From: Hamiltosporidium tvaerminnensis FI-OER-3-3 | Lineage: Eukaryota; Fungi; Microsporidia | Assembly: GCA_022605425.2 (NCBI GenBank) | Contig: CM061250.1 | Location: 868,001 to 932,000, forward strand | DNA: 64,000 nucleotides | Reading direction: 5' to 3' | Shown here: piece by piece, positions 49,183 to 59,891 of the stretch | Position numbering within the stretch: position 1 is the first letter of the stretch | How the letters are laid out: each line of letters starts with the position of its first letter | The notes under the pieces: generated by a model | The model's database searches: none | Told to the model about the DNA's origin: nothing | The model's input: the letters and a program-made list of their open reading frames with translations, nothing else | Translations under genes and position numbers: made by a program

Positions 49183-51162
49183 ATGCTATTTTTTTCTTTG
49201 TATTTAGCAATATGTTTAGCAAATACCGATGATATGATAGATTCTGTAGACAAAATATCAGAGTATACTGACTTTAACATGATGTTAGCCGTACAGGTTT
49301 TACTTCCAAAAACCGACTCAAAAGATTTCGTTGATCGACCTACTAAAAAACCTTTAAAAGAGGTAGTCAAGGCCTTCAGAAAAATTGAAAAGAGACTTGG
49401 AATAGATAAAATAAAGGGGCATTTTGACTTATACAACTTCATAAACAAGCCATATTTGTCTGCATATGAACATGAACCACAGACTGTCAAACTCTTAGAA
49501 GATTTTTTGAATCAAAATTTTTTGCCAGTCGGTTCCGATATTGAAGCACACCCTGCAACAGATTACAATGAATCTCCAAGATTTTTACAAAATCTCACTA
49601 ATAAGAATCTTATTTCCGTATCTAAAGCATTAAATAATACATGGAAAGAGCTTTCAAGAAAAAAAGTTAAAAATCCTCAGGTTCATAATTCTTCCCTTTT
49701 TGATCTTCCTTTCCCGTTTATGATCCCTGGTGGGAGGTTTAGAGAATTTTACTATTGGGATACATATTGGATATTAGAAGGGCTTTTGGTTTGTGACATG
49801 AACAAATCTGCGGAGAATATTGTAAGAAACTTCATGCACATAATTGATAAGATAGGTTATATTCCAAATGGAACAAGAAAATATTATTCATATAGATCCG
49901 AGCCACCTTATTTTGGTTTAATGCTATTAAAGTTGCTAGATTATGAAAATGGAATATTCAATGATTTGGTCTTAGGAGATGGTCTTCGCATGCTAGAGAA
50001 AGAATATGAGTTTTGGGACAAAAACCGTAAGATACGTATAGATATTCAACTGGGATCTGTATCAAATGATTATAATACAATAGTAAAAGATTATGAATAT
50101 GAAACTGCTACCACGAAAGAAGTATCAAACCCCGAAAATACTGCCACGGCCTCTGCATATAAAACATCTGTCTATCTCAATGCTTACCATGTTACAGCTG
50201 ATTTTCCAAGGCCTGAAAGTATGAGTGAAGACCTTTCGACTTATAAAAAACAAAATGTTTTAAACGAAACACAAATGTATAGCAATATAAAGTCAGGTGC
50301 CGAGAGTGGTTGGGATTTTAGTACAAGATGGTTTGGAGACAGTACGGATATTGCCACAATAACAGCATATGATCAAATACCGGTGGATTTGAACGCACTT
50401 CTTTATCGAAATGAAGTTATCATGAGCAAATTGTTTAGCAGAAAAGGAAACGAAGAGAAGGCACTTTATTATTATAGAAAAAGTATAGATCGTAAATCAG
50501 CAATGAACTTAGTGCTATGGAATCAAAATGAAGGTGTTTGGAATGACTACAATCTTAAGAGCAAATCATTTGTCAATAGCAGATTTTATTTTAGTAACGT
50601 GATGCCTTTGGTATATGGAATAGAACCTGTAAATGGTAGCAATTATGATATTCTTAAAAAATACAGTAAAGAGATATTCGGATATAAAGGTGGAATCCCC
50701 GCAAGTGGTTATGGAAAAGGTGGCCAACAATGGGATTTTCCGAATGTATGGGCTCCTCATCAACATATGATGGTAGAATTGCTTATAAACATGAAAGAAG
50801 ATGCGATGGCTTTTCACGTGGCTAAAAGTTTTTTCAATAGTGTTTACGTTGGATATAAAAATGATAAGGCATTTTTCGAAAAATATAACTGTTTAAAAGT
50901 AGGTTTTACTGGTGCAGGTGGAGAATATGCACCACAAACTGGATTTGGATGGACAAATGGGGCAATGCTAAGCTTTATATTGCAATATGGCGATAAGATA
51001 ATCGAAGATTATGACCACGAGAAAGGCTATAACGACATCCTGGTATATTTAAATAAAGAGTTGACTATGAGAAACGTTGAATCCGCAGAAACAAGCGAGA
51101 GAAATAATCTATTGAATGCAAATAATATAGAAATGATCAATAGTGATGGTATAAAAATTTAA
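49183..51162 (+). CDS. Alpha,alpha-trehalase (GH37), signal peptide likely
   Basis: DSKDFVD, PGGRFREFYYWDTYW, IPNG, PRPES, AESGWDFSTRW, QWDFPNVWAP, GFGWTNG; hydrophobic MLFFSLYLAICLA start preceded by GGGTAAAA. Confidence 0.96.
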   Translation: MLFFSLYLAICLANTDDMIDSVDKISEYTDFNMMLAVQVLLPKTDSKDFVDRPTKKPLKEVVKAFRKIEKRLGIDKIKGHFDLYNFINKPYLSAYEHEPQTVKLLEDFLNQNFLPVGSDIEAHPATDYNESPRFLQNLTNKNLISVSKALNNTWKELSRKKVKNPQVHNSSLFDLPFPFMIPGGRFREFYYWDTYWILEGLLVCDMNKSAENIVRNFMHIIDKIGYIPNGTRKYYSYRSEPPYFGLMLLKLLDYENGIFNDLVLGDGLRMLEKEYEFWDKNRKIRIDIQLGSVSNDYNTIVKDYEYETATTKEVSNPENTATASAYKTSVYLNAYHVTADFPRPESMSEDLSTYKKQNVLNETQMYSNIKSGAESGWDFSTRWFGDSTDIATITAYDQIPVDLNALLYRNEVIMSKLFSRKGNEEKALYYYRKSIDRKSAMNLVLWNQNEGVWNDYNLKSKSFVNSRFYFSNVMPLVYGIEPVNGSNYDILKKYSKEIFGYKGGIPASGYGKGGQQWDFPNVWAPHQHMMVELLINMKEDAMAFHVAKSFFNSVYVGYKNDKAFFEKYNCLKVGFTGAGGEYAPQTGFGWTNGAMLSFILQYGDKIIEDYDHEKGYNDILVYLNKELTMRNVESAETSERNNLLNANNIEMINSDGIKI

Positions 51163-53220
51163 AATTAAATTGTAAATGTATTATTATAGGTCTCATTCTT
51201 ATGTTTTACTTTCACAATTAAGATTCGTTTAAATTTTTTTCGTAAATTTGTCTACATTGTTGCGATCCCTACTTAAACAATCAAATTATGTAATAAAAAA
51301 CTTAAACTTTGCACTTTCTACAAATAAAAATGAGCTTCTTTCTAGCTTCATCGATGTATATTCTTTTCTACAATCCTTACTTTATAATCCCAGTTTTTAT
51401 TGTTCATAAAAGTAATGTAACATTTCTGATGAATAAATCTCTAAATGCAGATTATATTCGAAAAAAGGTATTTGATACATTTAAAATTATAAAAAATGAA
51501 GAAAAAAATAAAAAAATTTTTTTATGATTCAAATAGACTAAATATTTTAATGATAGAAACCATAAAGTTTTTTGTTGTTTAACAATCCTTTTAATTATAA
51601 ACAAATATAATAAATCGCGGTATTACAGATTTTTTTGTGTATAATACCTATATCTTTCATTCTTCAATTACTCGTATTTAAATACAATATACAAAGATTA
51701 TCTTATAAACTTTTCATGACATCAAGATTATATTTTCTTTGTAATAACTACCTTATAATTCTTTATTAAGCTTTATTCTTTCGTTAATTTAATTCCCGAA
51801 TAAAGAAATTATTTGTTTGAGCAGTTTTTATACATATTATCATAATTTTTATTTTTAAAGACAACATATTCACATTATTATAAATATATTTGAACACAAA
51901 ATTTTCGAATGAGACTATTAATCGACTTTAAAATTCAAATTCATCAAAAGTTTGTGACTCATCTTGAATTCCTCTACAATTTTTAAAGTTATTTTTTATT
52001 ACAATTTTGCAATAAAATTTCAAACTCGGCTTCTTTCATATCTATACCGATCGGTATCAAAGCCCTGTTTATTATTGTTACACATTGAAAGAATTTAAAA
52101 AAAATTCTTTTTCTGATACTTTGTGAGTATTTTTTCTTATTCACTGAAAACCTCAAATGAGAATTTAGATTAAACTTTATGGTATTCTACAAAGTATATT
52201 TTTAATTATTTTATGTAAAAATACAAAAACTTACCATTTTTTTGAGAAGCGCGACACAATGCAATTTTTATTGCAGGCATATATTTTTTTTTGTTCCGTG
52301 AATTTTAAACTGTGAATTTAACTAAAATACTAAAGTGAAAATAGTCAGAAAAATGTATTTTTCAAAATTAAGAACCATGATTGTACATTCTTAAATACTT
52401 TAAAGTGTATTTTTGAGTATTTAGCGAAAAACACTTCAAAGCATATTTTTTTAAACCTCTTGCTTATTCATACTTTTATTCGAATCGCGCCAAATTTTTT
52501 CTTACTATTAGCTTATGAAAACAGGTTTAACGGCAGAACAATCAAGAATTCACAACATGTTCATTGCCTGGTTGTGCATTAGTTTATATAATTTAGAATA
52601 AGCAGGTTTTCTATTTAATCGTATTTTTGGCAATATACCATCCTTAAAATCTTTCATTGAAAATTAAAGAAATATTGTTTTTCTAACACTAGTCAATTTG
52701 CTGAAAAAAAGTAAACTAATTCGGTAATATTTTCTATTAATATCATGTATATGTGTTTTAATAGCCTTGTAGTCTTTTAATATCTTGGTCTACTTTCGAT
52801 TTGGATTGCTTTGAAAACTAGATTCTGAATATTAGAAATGACAGACCACAATAAATAAAATGATTAAGGCAGTTTTTAATAAGAATCGATTTTGGTGAAG
52901 GAATATTAATAACACATGAAAATAATAATAGAAATATTCTCAACTAAACTTATAGCATTTCTTTAATTTTTTTAAGAATATGTAGAATTCGCATTATATA
53001 AATAGAATGGTTTTTTACTTGCTTTAACAGCGATATCTTAACTTGGTTGTTAACACTAGTCAAATGAAACAATTCCTTGTTTAAACCTAAATAAAAAAAT
53101 ATAGATCTCTGGTCAATTAGATAGATCCTCACAAATTAAGTTTCGAATAAACTACATAATTTTCAAATTTAAAATCTGGTACATAAAAAGAATTATCTGA
53201 AAATATTGAACTAGCGATAA

Positions 53221-53938
53221 CTTTATTTTAAAGTATCACATCTTTTCAAAACAGTAGCAAATGTTATATTTGTTTTCATGACATTGACGCAGTTCTAGGT
53301 TTAACATAAATAACTGCTAACCAAAACTCCATTAGTAACCCCTGCGATACCTACGTCCCAAAGCCTTTCATTTACCAGGTGTGTAGAACCTAATTACTAG
53401 GCGAGGCAGTTGCCCGGAGTTCGTTAATGTCCGTTGCATGGAGTTGATCGAGAGCCGAAGCCCCCTAGGCTTCCCAAGACTATGCAGTATTCCCACTTAA
53501 TATACACATTCTGGACCCAATAAAATTCTAGCTAAGATATATTTCAGAGATTTACATAAGGTCCACCTATAAAGTACAATGTCATACCAACAGGTATAAC
53601 ATGCTACTGCTTTTTCGGCTTTAAAGGTGTTTGTTTTTATATTTCATAGGCGCTAAGTTTTCTAACCCGAGTGAGCAAAGCTAGGTTCCCACGCTTTTAC
53701 ATGGAAATTACCTACGGTTCAGCTGCGATCTCAATCTGGTTACATAAAAAACACCAAGATAAATTTATAGAAGAAGTTTTGTCATTTAGTAGACCTCTCC
53801 TCCTCATAACAACTCTTATAGAACAATCGAAGATGTAGTGTTGTTTTATTCCTACAAAAAATTCAAACAATGACCTCACACCAGTTTCAAACACTCATTG
53901 CCAAGCAGAAAGTTTTTCCTGTAGTTATCTTCCCTCTT
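53221..53938 (-). mobile_element. ~730-bp non-coding retroposon-like element
   Basis: TSD ttgaactagcgataa (53206-53220) / ttgaattagcgataa (53939-53953). Confidence 0.92.
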
Positions 53939-53985
53939 TTGAATTAGCGATAAAATAAATATATTTACATCTATAAAGCAGCCTA

Positions 53986-55126
53986 TTGCACTAATAAAAG
54001 GCTTCTTAAAAGTAAAGTACAGGTTGGTAGAAGAAGTCACTAAGAAAAGTTTAGAAGAAGCTCAACTTGCAAAACTATATAACGAAATAGAAAAACGAAA
54101 ACTCTATTCAAAGTTATGTAGTGCAAGAAAAAATGAGCATGTGAGTGTTAGTGATTCTTCAAGATGGCTAAAGAAAGGGAACATTAGGCTGCGTGATGAA
54201 GCTGTGTTCTGCTATATCCAAGATAGAAATGTATTCTGGGGGCAGTGAGTATGTGTCAACATTGCGGGAAGTCTTGTATTACTGCAGATCATCTAGCAAC
54301 TCGATGTAAAAAAATGCTAGGTCATGACTACACCTGACGGCATAATAAAGTGGTTAGATGCCTACACCTACTTCTTCTAAATAGATATAAGTTTAAGTCT
54401 TCAAAACGAATAAGTAGCCACTCAGTTCAAGAAATTCTTGATAATGAGTATGCGGAGATAAGAGTGGACACCAGAATTAAACTGATTTTAAAATTCGGAA
54501 TAACAGACCCGACATATTTATTTTAGATAGGAAGAAGAATAAGATAACACTCATTGAAGTAGGAATCACTTCCTAAGATTCACTTCAAATAGTTGAAACT
54601 GAGAAACTTAAGAAGTATGACCTGCTAGCCAATGAGTTGGGTCTTATTTATAAGTGTAGTGTTGAGATAATCCCTTATGTGATGACCCGGGACGGTATTG
54701 TGACAAAATACCATAAATCACATCTTAAAAGACTAGAAATACCCATGAATATTGAGGCATATATTCAGTCTATAGTACTTAAGAAGACAGTCAAATAATT
54801 TCCTTGATCGACGAAGAGGACTTGAGTCAGGACTAAATGCCGAAGAGAGCTGAGAGAAAGCGTCAATGTGTGTTATTATGAGAGCAGAGATGCAAGAGGA
54901 ACCAACACCTCTTTTAAAATAAGAGAAGAGAGAGGAAGATGGTGCAAAAAATTTTAAACCAAAAAATAAAGCACCCTTTATTTCACAAGGAGGAACCACA
55001 TTAGAGGAACCGACCAATAACATAAATAAAGAGTCGGATTTGGAAGAAGAGACAAAAGTGGTTAAAGAGGTAGAAGAAAACATATAAAAATGGTAAAAAT
55101 ATTTTCACCCAGAATTTTATTAAATA
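53986..55126 (+). mobile_element. 5'-truncated R4/Dong-like LINE, multiply disrupted
   Basis: Closely similar to 24083-25241, with several stops and frameshifts; same 3' end ccagaattttatt. Confidence 0.9.
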
Positions 55127-55810
55127 CTAATTAAAAATGCTACAACTTACTATCTTTATTTGCTCTATGAAGAGACTGGCTCATGCAATCGCCATAACAA
55201 GCATAATTTTTACCTCATGAACACCAGGCATTGGTTTATGCACACTTCAAGTCTCTACGAATATATTTAAATCATTACACAATAAAATATTCTTTGTACT
55301 ATAAATATTCGACGGAAACTATATAGAATCAATGATAATCTCTTATCTCGATTTAGAAATTCATTCTTGCAAAAATATTTCTAAATAGCGATTTTATAAA
55401 AATAGTACAAAAAATAGAATTTCTGAATACATTTAAGACAAATATACATGCGGTTTTCGATCATTAAAATATAATTGAATATATAAGTACATATATTATG
55501 AATAAATTTGAAACCAAAGAGATACTTAAAAGCACAATTCGATCTATAATAACAATAATATTAGTACAAATTATATACTTTAGATCGATTCGAAGAAGAA
55601 TATTCAATTTTATAAATTATCCAACTAAAATATTATTTAAAATCTCATATTTTGTTTACAGAGCCTCGACAATTTATATTGTTTAAAATTACATTCTATT
55701 TTGGATCTAACATTTTAAAATGTAAATTATTTTTTTTCTATTTCTGCTAAATTGCAAATCATTTAAATTCTATAATAAAATTTACTTTTATGAAATTTTA
55801 TTGGTTAAAA

Positions 55811-56042
55811 TCTTTGTTCTTAACCGTTTAAGCAATCCGCACCCCTTTGAATCTGAAAATTGGTCCAAGCACCCTCAATGAAAAAGTGTTTCGATATTTT
55901 GGAAATTTTTAGTTTATTTTGCTACAAAAAAATCATAGTTAAAATTTCTGTATGGGCTTGCGCTTTTGACTAAGGCTTCTGCTACACTCTAAAAATACCT
56001 TCCTGCACCCCTGAAAGTGCGGGCTCTGGTTAAGAACCGTAT
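55811..56042. mobile_element. Short hAT (MER5/Charlie-like) MITE
   Basis: Inverted termini GTTCTTAACC (~55816) and GGTTAAGAAC (~56028), subterminal GCACCCC motifs, right flank gtctaaac. Confidence 0.55.
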
Positions 56043-56120
56043 GTCTAAACCAACGTATCTTATGTGATTTGACACTGAAAAAGTTTATTTTTTTTCTTAA
56101 AATGAATTATTAAATTAAAT

Positions 56121-56838
56121 TGGTAGAGGGTGGATAATCACATAAGAAACTTTCTGCTTAGCAATGAGTGCGTGAAACTGGTTAGAAGAACATTGTTTAG
56201 AATTTTGGTGGGAATAAAACCACACTACATCTTTGGTTGTTCCATGAGATTTTTATGGGGAGGGGTGGTTTAAGAAATGGAGAAATATTTTCTATAAATT
56301 TATTTGTGGTTTTTTATGTAACTAGATTGCGATTGCAGCTAGACATGTAGGTAATTGCCATGTAAAAGCATGGAAACCCAGCCTTGCTTACTCGGGTTAA
56401 TAGACTTGGCACAAAGGAGATAAAAAACTATTTAGAGCCTAAAAGTTAAGTAGCATGTTATACCTGTTGGTATGACATCGCACTGTCTAGGTGGACCCCA
56501 TGTAAGCTTTGAGACACATCTTAGCTAGAAGTTTATTGGGTTCGGAAAGTGTAGAGTAAGTGGGAATGCTGCATATTCTTGGGAAAGCCGAGGAGGGGGC
56601 TTCGGCCTTCGATCACACTCCATGCAACGGAAATTAACGAACTCCGAGCAACTGCCTCGCCTATTAAGTAGGTTCTACACACCTGGTAGATGAAAGGCTT
56701 TGAGACATAGGTATCGCAGGGGGTACTGATGAAGTATTTAGGTAGCAGTCATTTATCTTAAACCTAAAACTGCGTTAATGTCATGAAAGCAAATATAACA
56801 CTTGCCACTATTTTAAAAAGATGTAATATTTTTAAATA
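56121..56838 (+). mobile_element. ~730-bp element; same insertion site as the 37709-38427 copy
   Basis: Same flanks (aattat(t/c)aaatta) and shared variant gcacaaaggagataaaaaac. Confidence 0.9.
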
Positions 56839-57279
56839 AATTATCAAATTATTGAATAACTTTTTCTATATATTTAATCTTTATATTTAATAAATTGTAT
56901 CAATAAATCAACTCCATTCAATGAAGCTGCTATCTTCTTTAAGAATCAATATAAAGCATTTTTTACACTAATTTTATATACTTTAGTTGAAATGAATAAT
57001 CTTAAATTAAATATATAAAAAACAACAAATACTATTCATATATATTTAATGAATAGCAGTTATGCCGATGGTAAAACTTAAATGTAATTTGTATTTAGAA
57101 TTACAAAATTGTTAACATTTAAAATTTAACATGTTAAAAATCTAAAGATATTTATGATTTATGTAAATTACCGCATCTAGATTAAAACGGTTGAGAAATC
57201 CAATAAACATTCGAAATCGATTCAAAATTATAATCTTTCAAACTTCAGAAAATATTAAACCTAAAAAAACCTGTAAATA

Positions 57280-57375
57280 TTCTTTATAAGTTAGGATGAC
57301 AATATCTTGTTAAATTCAACAGTTATATTCTTTATAAGTTAGAATGACAATATCTTGTTAAATTCAATAGTTAAA
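57280..57375. repeat. 48-bp minisatellite, 2 units (counterpart of 37024-37262)
   Basis: ttctttataagttag(g/a)atgacaatatcttgttaaattcaa(c/t)agtta occurs twice. Confidence 0.9.
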
Positions 57376-57699
57376 AAAGAGATGTAATTCAGAAGAATGT
57401 TAAAATAAAAAATTTACATAAATTTAGAAGTTAAATTATTTAATTTTATTTAAAGCATTACGTTTAGAATCTCTTGTATATTTGCTTTACCATGAATTTC
57501 GATATTTACAGAAATTTATTTTTAAAGCTCCTATTTATTTTTTGTTTGGAGCCTTTTTTTAATTCTATATTCTCGATCTTTAAACATGATTTTAGTTTGA
57601 AGTTCAAATTTAAAATTTTTTATTAAATTAAATACACTTTCTGATGAGTGAAGAAATAACAATTTTATTAAAATTTTTCTTTTACACCATCCCATAGTA

Positions 57700-58797
57700 A
57701 TGTATCTTTTTATTGGTTTACCGTATGATTTTGATGAAGAATGCAATTCTGAATCCTTATTAAGAGAAATACGACATTTAACAAAATCAGAAACCGAAAT
57801 AATTTCTTTACCTAGATTTCGATTTTCATCTTTAGAATTTATGATGAAACATGTTGAAGATTTAGATAAATTGGAAATTCAAACTACAGAAACATTTTTT
57901 ATAATTTTAAAAAATGTTAAAAACAAGTTACAACCGGAAAAGAAAGAATTCGGTGAAATTTATATAAACGATAGCACTATTGATTTTTATATTAAGAAAT
58001 TCAAATGGTCTTCTGATCGATACGATGATGAAAGTCTTTTAAAGGAAATTTTAGAAAGCTTACATGATTCTTATAAGACTTTAAAAAATAGTTATTTGCA
58101 AAAAACACAAAATTATGAAAAAATAGTTAAAGAATACGAAAAAATGAACAGAGAAACCAAAGGAAATCTTAAAGAAATGAATATTTCAGGATTGATAAAT
58201 TATGAAGAGCCAGAAACACAGTTTATAAAGAAATTTTATGTTGTAGTAAATAAATCAGATGAAAAGGAATTTCTTTCTTTACTTAGAAATATAGAATTCA
58301 TACATTTTGATAGTATTTCCGTTATTGTTTCTGATAATGACTATATTTTATTTTCTTTCGTCGGAATAAAAAGTAAAGAAAATGAGATTAAAAAGAAAAT
58401 TCAAGAAAAAGGATATTTTTTGAAAAATCATGATTTAAAAAAGGGGGAATATGAGAAGAGACAGGAAATAAATAATAAAATTTCAAAGGATTATGAAATT
58501 ACATCAAATAATTACAAAATATCCTTAAATTCATTATTTGTAGAAATATTTATTTTAATGATTCATATAAAATATTTAAAAGTTTATATGGAATGTGTTT
58601 TGAGATATGGAATACCGTGTAATTATGTGTATTTTGTTTGTTGGAATAAATTCGATGATTATTTATTCAACAAATGGAAAAAGGTAATAAAAAATTGGAG
58701 GTTTTCTAAAAGAATATCAATTAGTTCATCTTTTGAAGAAAGTGATAACGAATTAGAATGTGCATTTTCAAAAATAGAATGTAAATTCGATGAATAA
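57700..58797 (+). CDS. VMA5: V-type ATPase V1 subunit C (copy 2)
   Basis: Translation identical to 35601-36698; only a few synonymous differences seen. Confidence 0.9.
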   Translation: MYLFIGLPYDFDEECNSESLLREIRHLTKSETEIISLPRFRFSSLEFMMKHVEDLDKLEIQTTETFFIILKNVKNKLQPEKKEFGEIYINDSTIDFYIKKFKWSSDRYDDESLLKEILESLHDSYKTLKNSYLQKTQNYEKIVKEYEKMNRETKGNLKEMNISGLINYEEPETQFIKKFYVVVNKSDEKEFLSLLRNIEFIHFDSISVIVSDNDYILFSFVGIKSKENEIKKKIQEKGYFLKNHDLKKGEYEKRQEINNKISKDYEITSNNYKISLNSLFVEIFILMIHIKYLKVYMECVLRYGIPCNYVYFVCWNKFDDYLFNKWKKVIKNWRFSKRISISSSFEESDNELECAFSKIECKFDE

Positions 58798-59608
58798 TTA
58801 ATAAAATTATTTAAGAATTGGTATATTATTTGTAATTATTTTTAAAAAATTTTAAAAATATTTTTTCTATTATATTCGATCTAAATTACTTTATTATTTT
58901 TTTGGTTAAACTTTAAAAGATTTTAGATATTTGGTAACAGATTATTACGAATATTTTTTTTAGAAAACCTACAAATATTTATCGATTCTTTACAAGTTTT
59001 TTGGTAATAGTGTTACTTTTAAAATTATATGAATTACAAATGAAGTAATTTACGACAAGATGTATTAAAAAAATCTCATCTAAATTATTTAGAATGTTTA
59101 CATATTTTTAATGATTTTTTTTATTTTTATTTCAATATCTTTCTTAATATATCAAATACTTTTACTTCTTAGATTTCGAGCTATGATTTATTTTCTTATT
59201 TTTAAACTTTTGTTTCTTCGATTGGAATAGTCTGATATTACTCCTCAAATAATTTTAAACATTTATAATAGATAAATTTTGTTCCGCTTGATTTTCGGTT
59301 TAACAAAGAGTGACACCTCGTGAATTATTTGTTTCATTGTATATTTTCTTTAATATTTTCGATTTTTATGATTTAACATTTGAAATATTTTTTTTAAAGT
59401 AAAAGACAGGGATAATTACTTACAAATTTTAATAAAGGATTTTAAGGTAACCAATGAGAATTCGTCGTTAATTTATAAATAATGTCTTATTAAGATTCGT
59501 AAACTTTAAAGAAAATAAAATATTACAATCGAACTTTTTTAAAAAACGAAGAAGGTATATTGTATCTTTTTTGCAAAATATATGAAATTATTTTTATTAA
59601 ACGAATTT

Positions 59609-59838
59609 CATCCCCACCATTCGGGGAGCAGAATTGGCTTGACGTATTCCCTGCTTGTTGTAAGAGGCGACTAAAAGGAACTACTCCTCCAGGTTGGGCG
59701 TAAGGCTAACAACCCATTTTTAAAACACCTTGTTATAAACCAAAAAAAATAAACAAAGTAACTTGAAAGCTACCAGTGAGCGGCATTACTGGGGAACCCG
59801 AGGCCTGTGCCGAACTGTAGTGCTGAAGATGAATGAAT
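59609..59838 (+). mobile_element. ~230-bp RTE-derived SINE-like element (copy 2)
   Basis: ccctgcttgttgtaagaggcgactaaaagg..cctccaggttgggcgtaaggctaacaaccc..gaggcctgtgccgaactgtagtgctgaagatgaatgaat. Confidence 0.6.
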
Positions 59839-59891
59839 AATGTAAAAAATAAAAAATGAGTATTTAATTAATTATTCTTATAAAATATACT

